Assembly: GCF_006345805.1 (NCBI RefSeq)
Contig: NC_043026.1
Location: forward strand, 1,178,001 to 1,242,000
Length of the DNA: 64,000 nucleotides
Source: Octopus sinensis
Taxonomy: Eukaryota
Direction: 5' to 3'
Below are positions 51,110 through 62,619 of this stretch, in pieces. The position numbers and the translations under genes are program-made. The notes under the pieces are model-generated. The model was not told where the DNA came from. It worked only from the letters and a program-made list of their open reading frames with translations, and did no database searches. Within the stretch, counting starts at the first letter, position 1; each line of letters opens with the position of its first letter.

Positions 51110-53470
51110 TATGTGTATTTATTTAATGTGTATAAATAACACGGAAAAAATAAATAGTTGCCAGGGTAGCAAAACTTCACATAATTGCCAAGGAAAAGGT
51201 AAAAATTGCAAGATTGAGTGAAATGTTTTTGTATAACATAGATAAATTAAGAAGTGGAGTTAAACATAGGTGTTCTTCAAATCTTTATACTTCCGGCATG
51301 TTTTGAAGAAAACATTGATATTATTCAAGAGGGAGTAAAATGCAATCATCTCATCAGGGAAAAAAAAGAGAAAGAAAACACATCAATAAGCCATTTTAAT
51401 TGAATGGAATTACCACGTATATGATGAAGGGGAATGGTGGCAAGTTACTTTTTAAAAAAACATTAATAGATTTAACATCAAAGGCAATTTAGAAAACGAG
51501 AAGGAGGAGGAAGAAAGAAATGAACAGAAAATTAAGAGTGAAGAAATATAGTGCAATAGACGAAAGGGAATAAAGCTTAAAGGTCTGGAAATAGATATAA
51601 GTAGTGGAAATGAAATGTAAGAAGACAGTTAAAGGGCAAATTTTATAGATTAGTAGAAATTACATATAAGAATTAAGGTATGTTTTTGCCAATGTTTACA
51701 ACGATAAACATGTTCTTTAACCCCTTACCCGGCAGAAACGAATATATGCGTTTTGACCGAAATCGTTTTTTTCTATCTCTGGCGAGTTAACTCGTCAAAA
51801 GATAGACTCGCCAAAATCGACAGCAAACGAGTTCCTTTGTCTATTATAAACTCTTTTTTGACATATACGAGTATATTCGCTCACTTTATACGTCTGGCAG
51901 TGACGATTTCTGCCACCTTTCGCTTGAGTAAGGCATTGAAGACCGAGTATGATTTAGTCACCTGGAGACAGTCGAAGGGTTGGAAGGCACATTTTATGAA
52001 TAGAAGTATTCACTTTGTTTTTACGTTGTTTTTTTTATACCTTTATATTATAACCCCACCATGTCGATAACCAAATAAAATAACATGATTTTTTGTAAAA
52101 GTAATATGACTTATGAAAAAAACGGGTTAACTCGTTTCTGCCCAAAGCGGTAATTTAAAATCAATATTATTGAATTAAAATTCATAATAAATAAGGTTTA
52201 AAATATACCTCGAAATCACCATTCAAAACATAGTAAAATAAGACAATTAAAAAATATGTCTGAAAAAATACATTTATTTTCAAAATAATTGTTGGGTAAG
52301 GGGTTAAACATGTTTACAAGAGTATTCTCTGAAAACAGGATGAGAAATTGTTCTTCATTACAGCGGACAAAAGGATTTACCTTTATCTTATGGAAAGGAC
52401 CTAGATAGAATATTCCATTCCACATCAAATTGTTTATTATGTTCCTTTAGAGACCAAATTAATTTACTAAACCCAGTATTGCTGCATTTATTGATATGTC
52501 TAAATGTAGAGTAATGGTTAGATATTTTTTGGGAAAACTCAGATGGAGAATTACCTATGTAAAAAAAAAAATAAGACATCAGAACCGTAATTTTACATTG
52601 ATAAACAGAGTTTCTAGTCTTAGAATTACTGCTAAGGAAATGAATATGATTTGAATTTATATCAGAAATACTAATATTGTTGTTATTATTGTTCAAAGAA
52701 AGGTTGGTGTTAATAATATCAATGTTATTGTTTTCATTAAGTGTATTTCTATATAACAACTTCTTGTTATGCAAAGAGATGATTTGTGAAAGGTTTTTGG
52801 TGTTTGAAAACCCTATTCTAATTCAGTGTGAATTGATAATGGAATGGTATCTTAATTTTTTGGGACACTCTTATCGATAGCTTCACAAAACTGGTAAGGG
52901 AGGTTGGATTTGATCTGATTACCATATGGAATTATCAACCAAACAGTTTTACTAGGACACACCTTGTTATAATAATTATCTTTAAAAGTTGTAGACTTAT
53001 TTTTATTATGTATTAAGGGATATAAAGAACAGTTATCTCCCTTACACTGCAAAATTACATTTTTTGATTTAGTGTTGTTATTTGAACTAAAATTTATATT
53101 GTTATGACTGTTATGATGTGTTTTTATGTCCTGGTTAATAGGGATAGAATTAATGTCAATAGGGTTAATATAGGTAATTTTTTTCTTTAAAACCTGCTTT
53201 AAATAAAGCAGAGTTATAAAATTTGGCTTTATCATTGCAGATAATCTAGAGAGTCTAAGTGAAATATTTAACTAAATTCCTTGTAATAGCCTTTGAATGA
53301 TTACTGAAAAAGGTAATATATTTTAAATTAGTTGAGAGTTTATGGTATGGGAAATTTGAATCATTATATAAGTTAAGGGTAATATCCAGAATGTTGGCTT
53401 TAGTTATTCATCATCAAAAACAATGCTTAAGCCCATGTTTTGGAAAAATTTAACCAACCTAATTTTAATC
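51110..53470 (-). mobile_element. Penelope-like element, 5'-truncated: RT thumb, linker, GIY-YIG, 3'UTR; interrupted by a MITE
   Basis: NILDITLNL...SNHSK; WLIIPYG...IDKSVPKN; HNKKLL; SVYQC...FYIGNS; SKLIWSLK...WNIL. Confidence 0.85.
51721..52303. mobile_element. piggyBac-type MITE, 583 bp
   Basis: TTAA|CCCCTTACCC...GGGTAAGGGG|TTAA; paralogous empty site at about 50170-50185. Confidence 0.85.
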
Positions 53471-53506
<36 letters not shown>

Positions 53507-53599
53507 GTGTATTATTTAATTATTTGAGTGTGATGCATCCATTCCCAAGTAAGTTTGTCTTCACCTATTTTTTGTGCAACTCTCTACTCTGTACTGTTT

Positions 53600-54315
53600 T
53601 CTTCCTCTATCCTTCTCTGATTCCCTTTCTCCCCCTCCCTCCTTCACCATTTTCTATCTGTCTTTCTCTTACCCCCTTTCCCGACATTGCCAGTGGTTGA
53701 TGGTACACTGCCTGCATGCCCTGAAACTTTGTCAGTGGGAAGTGTGCCACCAAAAGAGGAAACTGTGACCCCTCCCAGAGCAACGAGAGATGATTTTGCT
53801 ATCTTCCTCCATAAGGGAGGGGCAATACAAAGCTTCTTAAGGAAGCTTGAGGGCCGGAGGGAGGAACCCATGCCCTGGACTGAAGACCCGGATTGGCTTC
53901 CATAGGTGACCACAGAGGACATATCGGAAGTCGATATGTTCAGAGTGTTAGACTCCTTCCCAAAGGACCAGTTTAGGTTTGCCTTCTGGGACCCAAACCT
54001 GGAGCTGGAGCATTGCCTGTGGGAGGCATACAGCATGGTCGGGGAGGAAGGATAAAGAGGCTTTAGTGCCTAACATGTTTATTGTATGTTATTGTTTGTA
54101 TGAGGCTCAGCACCTCAATTTGTAATGGACTATTAAGTCCAGTAATTGTAAGAACTGAGGTAAGAGGTTTAATACCTTGTTTTGTTTTTTGAAGAACTCT
54201 GTTTTAGAGAAGCAGAAGATTGGCAGGCGTCTTTAGCTCCTCTCATTAATATCATAATTTGGTTTATCATTTTATCTCATTAATGTAATGTCCAGCCCGC
54301 AGCTACATCTATGTA
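53600..54315 (+). mobile_element. ORF1-only element, 5'-truncated second copy
   Basis: FAIFLHKGGAIQSFLRKLEG...GEEG* aligns with the C-terminal domain at about 29573-29830; shared 3'UTR motifs gaactgaggtaagaggtttaatacc and gtccagcc.gcagctac. Confidence 0.75.
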
Positions 54316-55495
54316 ATGCCCTTGTGGCAAATTACATGAATAGAAGTAATTGATTTGAAACATTGTTTATAATCAGTCAAGTGAAACTTGGTATCCTTGG
54401 TTAAATCAGATACTTTCATGCCAGAAATCATTAGTTTGACATTCTGATGAATGGTGCATACACATACATTCTGTGTACCAGCACTATCTGCAAGTATGCA
54501 TTCTTTTGGCCTTTGCTCTGCAAGTTTTGAGAAGTTAAGTTTGATTTCAGGATTTTTTGATTTGAACAATTGGAAGGCTTCCTTTAAGTTACAAAGTCTG
54601 GGATACTTTCGCTCATGGACCCTTTTGAAATCCTTTTTTCCTGGCATAGCTCTACTTCATTTTTATAAAACCAAGAAACACAATTGGCAGTTTCTTAAGG
54701 AAATGTGCTTTTTCTATGGCCAGGATGTGATAAAATCCTTTGCTCATTGACCAGCCTTGTAATCAGGCACATTGAACTCCTTTTGGATTTTTGGCAGAAT
54801 TGTTAAAATTTGCAGTTTTTCTGATCTTTTTATGTTATGAAGTTTTCTTTTAACTGTTTATTTCACTTTCAGGGTGCTGTTATTGATCTTAAACCCCTTT
54901 TCATAGGTATTTTATGCTTTTTAAATGGGTCAGAACACTTTTCTTGTGTAACCAGAAATTAATTAAAATATCTAACTTAAAAAAAAAAAAGAATTAAGTA
55001 ATTTAATTAGGGTGTATAACATGAACCATAGTTAATAGAAGACCTTATAGCTACAGTTCCCACTGAGATCCCAGTATGAACTTTTGCATGTGAGTTGTGA
55101 CTAAGTAGAGCAATATTTGAACAGAATTTCAAATAAAATTGAGGAATGCATCTTTTGATCTATGAAAGGTCAAAGGTCAAATTTTAGGTCAACTTTTTTA
55201 TTTTTACTTTGAGGAAAAAATACACAAAACAAAAGTTGTAGATCTATTTGAATGCTTTAAAATATATAAAAAAAGAGCTTTTTAGCTCAAATAGTAGCTG
55301 AGATATGGCTTCTCAAAGTTATTGAGTAACTGAAAAATGTCACTTTTTGAAAATTTCAAACGGTCATAACTCAGCAAACATTAGTCAGGTAAAAAATATT
55401 TCATATTTAAAGGTTTCATATAAAGGCCATTTAGCATGCAAAGTTTGAAAGAAATCAGTTTTGGTCACCTGCGTTGGTTTTGCATGGAGCAACCC
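54310..55495 (-). mobile_element. DNA transposon remnant: putative transposase fragment and one terminus (GGGTTGCTCC), superfamily unassigned
   Basis: MPGKKD...NLKEAFQLFK...FSKLAEQRPKECILA..GTQNVCVCTIHQNVKLM resembles a widespread invertebrate transposase-like family (from memory, not searched). Confidence 0.5.
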
Positions 55496-55999
55496 ATAAA
55501 TTGTTTCAGATATGTTTTGGAAGGCGTAGATTACTATTATGTTGTGGAAATTAGGCATGACTGTGGTTCCCCTGGAATTTTACAGAAATATACTTTTGTG
55601 GGTACAAATTATAAATTATAAAATAATACATGATATTAATAGACTTCCAGTTTCTGTAGTGCAATAGAATTCCAGCTGACACATTCTAGCTCAGATAAAG
55701 CTACTGGATGAATGGAAATGTTGGAGATACTTGGGTTCTGTTTTGGTTCTTGTCTGAGGTTGCTCAATCAAGTCTGATTCTATGGTTTGTAGCTTCATCT
55801 TTGGAAGAGTGTTTGGGTGTGAGGTAGAGGAAATCAGAAACTTGCTTTACTCATATATCATAAGGTTGGGATTCAGATTAGATTTGTGTGTTGTCTGCTA
55901 GCTCACTACCATAATGATGATGATAATAATAATTACTTTTATTGGTCACATGGCAAACAATATCAATGGATGAGCTACAACACACAAACAAGTGGGCTT

Positions 56000-56690
56000 T
56001 GCATTGACCAGGGGAGACACTACAACATTAAGGATATAACCAAAGTTATAGTGTAGTGTTATTGATTGTTTCTATATCCAGAGAGTGCAACACCTTGACA
56101 ATAACATCATTCATATATGCAGATACGACTCTCTTGCAATCTAGTTCCAGTGGAATATTCCTCAAACTCTTCAGGCTTTGCAGGTTCTAATGCCAAAACA
56201 GAAAAGTGGGGAAAGGGGACATGTTTGACAAACCTAGCATTCAATACTGAAAGGTTCTAAGAAGTGGCCCATTTAATTTGACCACCGAACAGATGCCACT
56301 ATATATTGTGATGATCCAGTCTCTGAAGGTGGGACCAAAACTGACATCTTTTAGGACAGCCACCAGAGAGCAATGGTCCACCTTTTTTAAATGCCTTGGA
56401 CTGGTCCAACTTGACAAGTGTCCCTCCAGAGCTAGATCTATCCCCATTCCATTCTACAATGTATCACATGAGGTGGAGGTTGTTGTGGATAGACCTATCA
56501 GGGATCACACTGGTTTGGGCATCCCAGCTACACAACTGGCAATAAGTGTCAGCCTTTTGGTGAATACCTTAGCTAAAATCTTTAAATTAGTGTTGAGTCT
56601 GAAATGGGTCTGAAATTTTCAATCATGTTCCCGTTGTTCAGAGCTTTCCTCAGCTAAGTCACCAGTCCCTGGTTCACACAACTGGGGATG
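56000..56690 (-). mobile_element. Decayed Tx1/L1-clade RT fragment
   Basis: KVDH..L.AVLK..SFGPTFRDWI..IYSGI.SVVKLNG; VLALEP; SAYMND (from YADD). Confidence 0.75.
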
Positions 56691-56748
56691 CTCCCAGTCT
56701 TTTTCCAAGTGCAGTAGACGGCTGCCAAAACAGAAGCAAACAAGTCAG

Positions 56749-58978
56749 ATATCATCATTTAACATCCGTTGTTTATGCTGGCATGGGTTGGACAGTTTGA
56801 CCAGGGCTGGTAAGCTGGAAGGCTGCACCAGACTCCAGTCTGGTTTGGTATAGTTTCTATGGCTGGATGCCCTTCCTAACACCAACCATTCTGAGAGTGT
56901 AATGGGCGCTTTTACGTGCCACCAGCATGGTACTATTTGTGTGACACCAGTGCCTGTCACAACTGCAATTTCACTCGGCTTGATGGGTCTTCTTCTCAAG
57001 CACGATATAATGCCAAAGGACTCAGTCATTTGTCATTGCCTCCATGATTTACATTTACACATGCCACCAGCATCAGCTACTTTGCTTCTGTGAGGCCCAA
57101 CACTCAAAAGGTGCTTTTTAAATGCCAGTTACATAACACCAGCATCGGCCACAACTATGCTTTCACTTGGCTTGAGAGGTCTTCTCAAGCACAGCATATT
57201 GCCAAAGGTCTCAGTCACTTGTCATCGCCTCTGTGAAGCCCAAAGTTTGAAGACCATGCTTCACCTCATCCCATTTCTTCCTGGGCCTACCTCAGCACAA
57301 GTTCCCTCCACAGTTACAGAACAGCACTGTCTTTGTCCATGTGCATCGTATGACCATACCAGTGCAGTTGCCTCTCTTGCACACATCTGATGCCTCTTAT
57401 GCCCAATTTTTCTCTCAAGATGCTTATACTTTGTCGCACATGCACACTGACATTGCACATCCAAGGAAGCATACTAGTTTCATATCTTTCAAGCCTGTGC
57501 ATGTCCTCAGCTGTCACAGCCCATGTTTCATTGCCGTGGAGCATGGCTGTTTGCATACAAGTATCAAACAATCTGCCTTTCACTCTGAGGGAGAGGCCCT
57601 TAATTACCAGCAGGAGCAGGAGCCCTCTGAACTTTGCCCAGCCTATTCTTATTCTCACAGCTATGTTCTTGGAGCATCTACCTCCGCTACTAACTTGATC
57701 ACCTCGATAATGGAAGCTATCTACAACCTCTAGCTTACCATACTGGCTGTTGATGGAGTCTATTTTCTGTACATTTTTAGTGTTTATTGTACCTATGTGT
57801 CTTCCAAACACAAAAGCTATTTTCCCAGTTAGCCTTCCTTTGATATTGCTGCACCTCTTATGTGTCCATGGCTTACACCAGGTACATCTTATGGAGTTTT
57901 TACCTATGCCTTTTCTACAGGTTGAAGGGATTTGTGATTTGTCTGCCTTCCTACTTACAAAGACTGTAGTTTTTACTAGATTAACACTAAGGCCCTTTCA
58001 TTCTAGATCTTACTTCTGTACCTGAAACTTCTCTATTTTTGATGGTCATTCAGTTATAAGAACAAGGTCATCAGCATAGAGGAGCTCCCAAGTACAACCC
58101 ACCTTAAATTCCTCTATTATTGCTTGGAGGACTATAATGAACAAGAGGGATTTGAGGACTGAGCCTTGGTGAACACCTACTTGTGCTCTGAATTTTTTGC
58201 TGTACTTGTTGCCAATCCTTACCTTACTGATAGCATCCCTGTACATGGCTTGTACAGCTTTCCCCAACCACTTGTTTATCCCTAGTTTCATCATTGACGA
58301 CCAAATAACGGATCAGGGGACCGTGTCAAAGGCTTTCTCCAAGTCAATGAAAGCCAAGTACAGAGGTTTATCCTTGGTTAAGTATTTCTCCTGAGCTACC
58401 TTACCAGAAATATAGCATCAGTAGTACTTCTCCCTGGCACAAAACCAAACTGCATCTCATGTAGACTAACTCTTTCCCTAATTAGTTGGGCTCTGACCCT
58501 CTCTGTAACTTTCATCACCTGATCTAACAATTTGATACCACTATAATTATTTTTATCTAAGACGTCACCTTTACCTTTGTAGCAGTTGACTATGGTGCTG
58601 CTACACCAGTTATTAGGTATGACTCTTTCATGCACCACCTGATTAACAATACAGGTGACTAGATCAAAACCCACACCCAAATATTTTAAGCATCTCGGCG
58701 GTGATTCTTGATGGGCTGAGGTCTTTCCCTGTCTTCATACTCTTAATTGCTTTATCTATCAGTTCAGATAGCTGGTCCCTCAATTGGATCAAAATTTGGC
58801 AGACTCTCCTCGTCCCATTCATTCTCCACATTCAGCAGTCTTTCATAATGGCATTTCCAAACCTCTCTCTTTGCAGAATCATTAAATGCAGGTGCACCAT
58901 CATCGATATCGACACATTTCTCTCCTATGACATCACAATTTTCTCTCACACACTGTCTTGCAATCTAAAACATTTCAA
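56749..58978 (-). mobile_element. Old RTE LINE, 5'-truncated
   Basis: NYSGIKLL, GVHQGS, YADD, MLHGNETW traces; (CAT)n tail at 56749. Confidence 0.9.
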
Positions 58979-59347
58979 GACCTTGTTCATATAGCTGAGT
59001 CACTATTGGAACTAGAGAAGAAATTTCAGGTGTGGAAGTAAGGTCTAGAATCAAAGGGCCTTAGAGTTGATCTAGTAAAAACCAAAGTATTAGTAAGCAG
59101 ACAAATCACAAATCCCTTCAGGTAGATGGCTCTGCTTGGTCTGTAGAAAAAGCATAGGTAGAAGCTCCATAAGATGTACTTGGTGCAAGTTATAGACACA
59201 TGCTATAGGTACCTCAGTATCAGAGGAAGGTTACCAGGGAAACTGGTTTTTGTGTGTAGAAGTGACACAGGTACAATTAACACTAAAAATGTACAGAAAA
59301 TAGACTCTATCAAATGCCAAGGGGAAGGCTAGAAGTAATTGATAGCT

Positions 59348-59612
59348 CTTGGGCATATGGCGTGGTGGTTAAGGGTGCAGGCTACTAACCCCAAGATTCC
59401 GAGTTCAATTCCAGGTAGGGACCTGAATAATAATAATAATAACATTGAAAAATACCTTTGGAATGAGAACCCAGGTTCGAAATTTCCCCAAGGCGCCTGA
59501 TGAAGGCTGGAGGGTGTATCAGCCAAAACATGTTAACAACAAACAAGATGAGGACAAATGTCTGTCGAATGTAAATAATGTACATAATTCCTCATCTCTT
59601 AAATACAGAACT
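59348..59612 (+). mobile_element. tRNA-headed SINE-like element carrying a hammerhead-type module, 13-bp TSD
   Basis: A-box TGGCGTGGTGG, B-box GAGTTCAATTCC, (AAT)n linker, HHR motif, 3' hairpin agatgagga/tcctcatct; TSD gtaattgatagct (59335-59347) and gtagttgatagct (59613-59625). Confidence 0.8.
59493..59535 (+). ncRNA. Hammerhead motif, probably decayed
   Basis: CTGATGA a GGCTG gagggtgtat CAGCC AAAAC: canonical core and perfect 5-bp stem II; GAAA changed to AAAA and stem I 3' strand damaged. Confidence 0.6.
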
Positions 59613-61090
59613 GTAGTTGATAGCTTCTGTTATCTAGGTGACCAAGTCAGTAGCAGAGATGAATGCTCTGAGAGTGTAGCTGTTAGAATAAGAATAGACT
59701 GGGGAAAAGTTCAAAGAGCTCTTACCTCTGCTGATAACAAAGGGCCTCTCCCTCAGAGTAAAAGACAGATTGTATGATGCCTGTGTGCGAATAGATTTGC
59801 TCCACAGCAGTGAAACATAGGCTGTAACAGCTGAGGAGATGCGTAGGCTTGAAAGAAATGAAGCTGGTATGCTTTGCTGGATGTGCAACAGCAGTGTGCA
59901 TGTATAACAAATTATAAGTGTCTTAAGAGAAAAGTTCGGCATAAGTGGCTTCAGATGTGGTGTGCAAGAGAGATGACAGCACTGGTATGGTCATGTGATG
60001 CTTATGGATGTGGACAGCTGTGTAAAGAAGTGCTGATCTCTAACAGTGGAGGGAAACTGTGAAAGAAGGAATACATAGGATAAGGTCTATGGCGATATGC
60101 TATGCTCGAGGAGATCTGTCAAGTGAAATCATAGTTGTGGCCATTGTTGGTGTCACATAACTGGTGCCCATGCTGGTGGCACGTAAAAAGCACCTTTCAT
60201 GCTTGAGAAGACTCGTTAAGCCAAATGAAGCCATAGTTATGACCATTGTCGGTATCATATAACTGGCACCTGTGCCGGTAACATGTAAAAAGCATATTTC
60301 GAATACTTTGTTTCATGGAGGCAATGTGGCTGATGCTGGTGTTGCATAACTAGCACCCATGCTGTGGCATGTAAAAAGCACCTTTGAAGCATTGGGCCTC
60401 CCAGGGGCAATGACAAATGACTGAGACCTTTGGCAGTATGCTGTGCTTGAGAACAAGACCCATCAAGCCAAGTGAAATTGTAATCATGGCAGATACTGGT
60501 GTCACACAACTGGCATGCAAAAGCACCCATTAGACTCTTGGAGTGGTTGGTATTAGGAAGGGCATCCAACCATAGAAACCTTACTAAATCAAACTGGAGT
60601 CTAGTGCAGCCCCTCAGCTTACCAGCTCTGGTCAAACTGTTCAACCTATGCCAGCATGGACAATGGATGTTAAATGATAATGATGAGGGAAGATCATCCA
60701 ATCCTGGTGATTCACATCCCACACAGCAGCTCAGCACATCTAACCACTTCCTTCACTGAAATCAGTTTCTTGCATCACTCAGTCTCCTTGTCTGATAGAC
60801 ATGGCATACTATCGAGGTAGGTCTCAAAGCTTTCTGTCTCAAGCATACCACTCCTTGAAAAGGGAGTTTGGTGAAGTGCTGCTGAAACACCGTTTGGAAT
60901 CAGAGAGCACATGGTTCATTACAGATCAAATTCTAGATTTGTTGCTGAGCCCAAGCAACAGCATTTGAGCCTTCACATCTCAGTGCATACACCCTAGCTT
61001 AGTCAATGCAACTTTTGTGTTTCATGTCAAAGAAATGGTCAGAATAGTTGTTTTATTCAGCATGTTAACAATTCTGCCAGGTTTCTGCTT

Positions 61091-61725
61091 TAATAATAAT
61101 AATGACTTCAAATTTTGGTGCAAAGCCAGCAGTTTTGGGGTGGGGAGTAAGTCAAGTGTTCAAACGGGTAGTTATTTTACCAATCCCAAAAGACAAAATC
61201 AACCTCAGCAGCATTTTGACTCAGAAAGTAAAAGCAGACAAAATGCTTCTAAGCATTTTGTCCACTGTGCTAACAATTCTACAAGTTTACGTTCTTAATA
61301 ATAATAATAATAATAATTTCTGATTTAGGTACAGAGCCCACAGTCTTGAGAGGACAGAATTAGTTGATTGTATCAACCCCAGTACTATGACTGCTACTTT
61401 ATTTTATCAACCCCTAAGGGATGAAAAAGCAAAGTTAAACAAGCAAGATTTAAACCCAGAACAGAGAAATGCCACAAGCATTTTGTCTGTTGCTGTATGG
61501 ATTCTACTGATCCACCACCCTAAAAATAGTAATAATAACCCTTTCTACTATAGGTTTCAGGCCTGAAAATTTGCAGGAGGGGACAGTTGATTATGTCAAT
61601 CCCAGTGTTTACGTGGTAAATATGACCTTGAAAGGATGAAAAGGCAAAGTTTGCTTCAGTGCTGTTGGAGCTCAGAACATGAAGCCAGAAGAAATGCCTC
61701 TAAGCTTTTTGTCCAGTTATTTTGG
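61091..61725 (-). mobile_element. Three tandem decayed family B SINEs separated by (AAT)n
   Basis: Bodies at about 61105-61293, 61318-61520 and 61541-61725 share the tail (aggc.tga), aaggcaaagt, B-box and head motifs. Confidence 0.75.
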
Positions 61726-62494
61726 TAGAAGGCTTTTGAGTGGAGGGAAGTCAATTGAGAAGACATGTCTGCTCAATCTGTTTAACCCCAATGACTGGCC
61801 TGGAGTTAAACAACAACACCTCTTGTAAGATATTTGTCAAGTGCACAGTGCTACTCTGGATTATTGTTCTGATACTCTTTTACACATTGTTTGTATTTTT
61901 CCAGCCATACCCTTGTACCATACCCTTGCAAGCATGGTAAAACAAACATTAAAAACTGGTAGGAAGGCTGGAAGGCATTTACCTTAGGGTCTGTATAGCA
62001 CAAAGGTATGGCTGAATAGTCCCAGCCACATCTATATCTGCTGTCTTTCTCTTTCTTGATACTCTCACATCTCCCTTTCATCCTCTCGCTCTCTACTTCT
62101 AGTTAAATTAAAGATGGCATACTCTTTCCCTCTGTCACTCTCTCACCTGTTACTCTGTTTTTATCATCATAGTCTCACTGCTACACTCTTCCATCTGTCT
62201 CATCATTAATACCTTTACAATTCACCTTCCCTATCACACCTCAGTTTGTGCTGTGACCAAATGAACACAACAAAGAGTTGTGTAGACTCTTCAGCCTTAA
62301 TGGATACAAGTCAAACTTACTAGTACTTGTACCATGAAAAAATGTACTCTGTACACTCTTTATAGTGTTTTACTAATGAGTGGAGATGATGTAAGGTTGA
62401 GCAGACCATTAAGTTCTGTCAAAGATATGACAACTTCTCCAACTTTACATTATTTACATTTGACGGATATTTGTCCTCATCTTGTTTATTTCTC

Positions 62495-62538
62495 ACACAA
62501 CATTTTGGTTGATATACCCTCCAGTTTTCATTAGGTGT
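62495..62538 (-). ncRNA. Decayed hammerhead motif, inverted partner
   Basis: acac CTAATGA a AACTG gagggtatat CAACC AAAA T GTT gtgt; only G>A or C>T type changes versus the reconstructed consensus. Confidence 0.55.
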
Positions 62539-62575
62539 CTTGGGAAATTTCGAACTTGGGATCTCATTCCTCAAA

Positions 62576-62619
62576 ACACCTGATGATGGCTGGAGGGTAT
62601 ATCAGCTGAAATGTTGTGT
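62576..62619 (+). ncRNA. Minimal type I hammerhead ribozyme motif
   Basis: acac CTGATGA t GGCTG gagggtatat CAGCT GAAA T GTT gtgt: canonical core, GAAA and stem I intact; two C>T changes. Confidence 0.75.

Larger units (their letters stand above)
58979..60690 (+). mobile_element. Old RTE LINE, 5'-truncated, joined head-to-head to the previous copy; interrupted at 59348-59612
   Basis: From the DLxLIAES region through the 3'UTR to tgttaaatgataatgatg. Confidence 0.88.

Noticed and set aside
52850-53470. Idea that the 51-53 kb PLE is an RT-less element, given its N-rich region upstream of the linker
   Set aside because: RT motif 7 and thumb (NILDITLNL...SNH) are readable at 53240-53400; it is simply 5'-truncated
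59350-59425. Possible tRNA gene
   Set aside because: Acceptor, anticodon and T stems do not pair; it lies within a TSD-flanked insert, so it is a SINE head
61897-61930. AG...GT-bounded 32-bp mini-exon
   Set aside because: Content is a 13-bp tandem repeat, the donor is weak and there is no supporting exon
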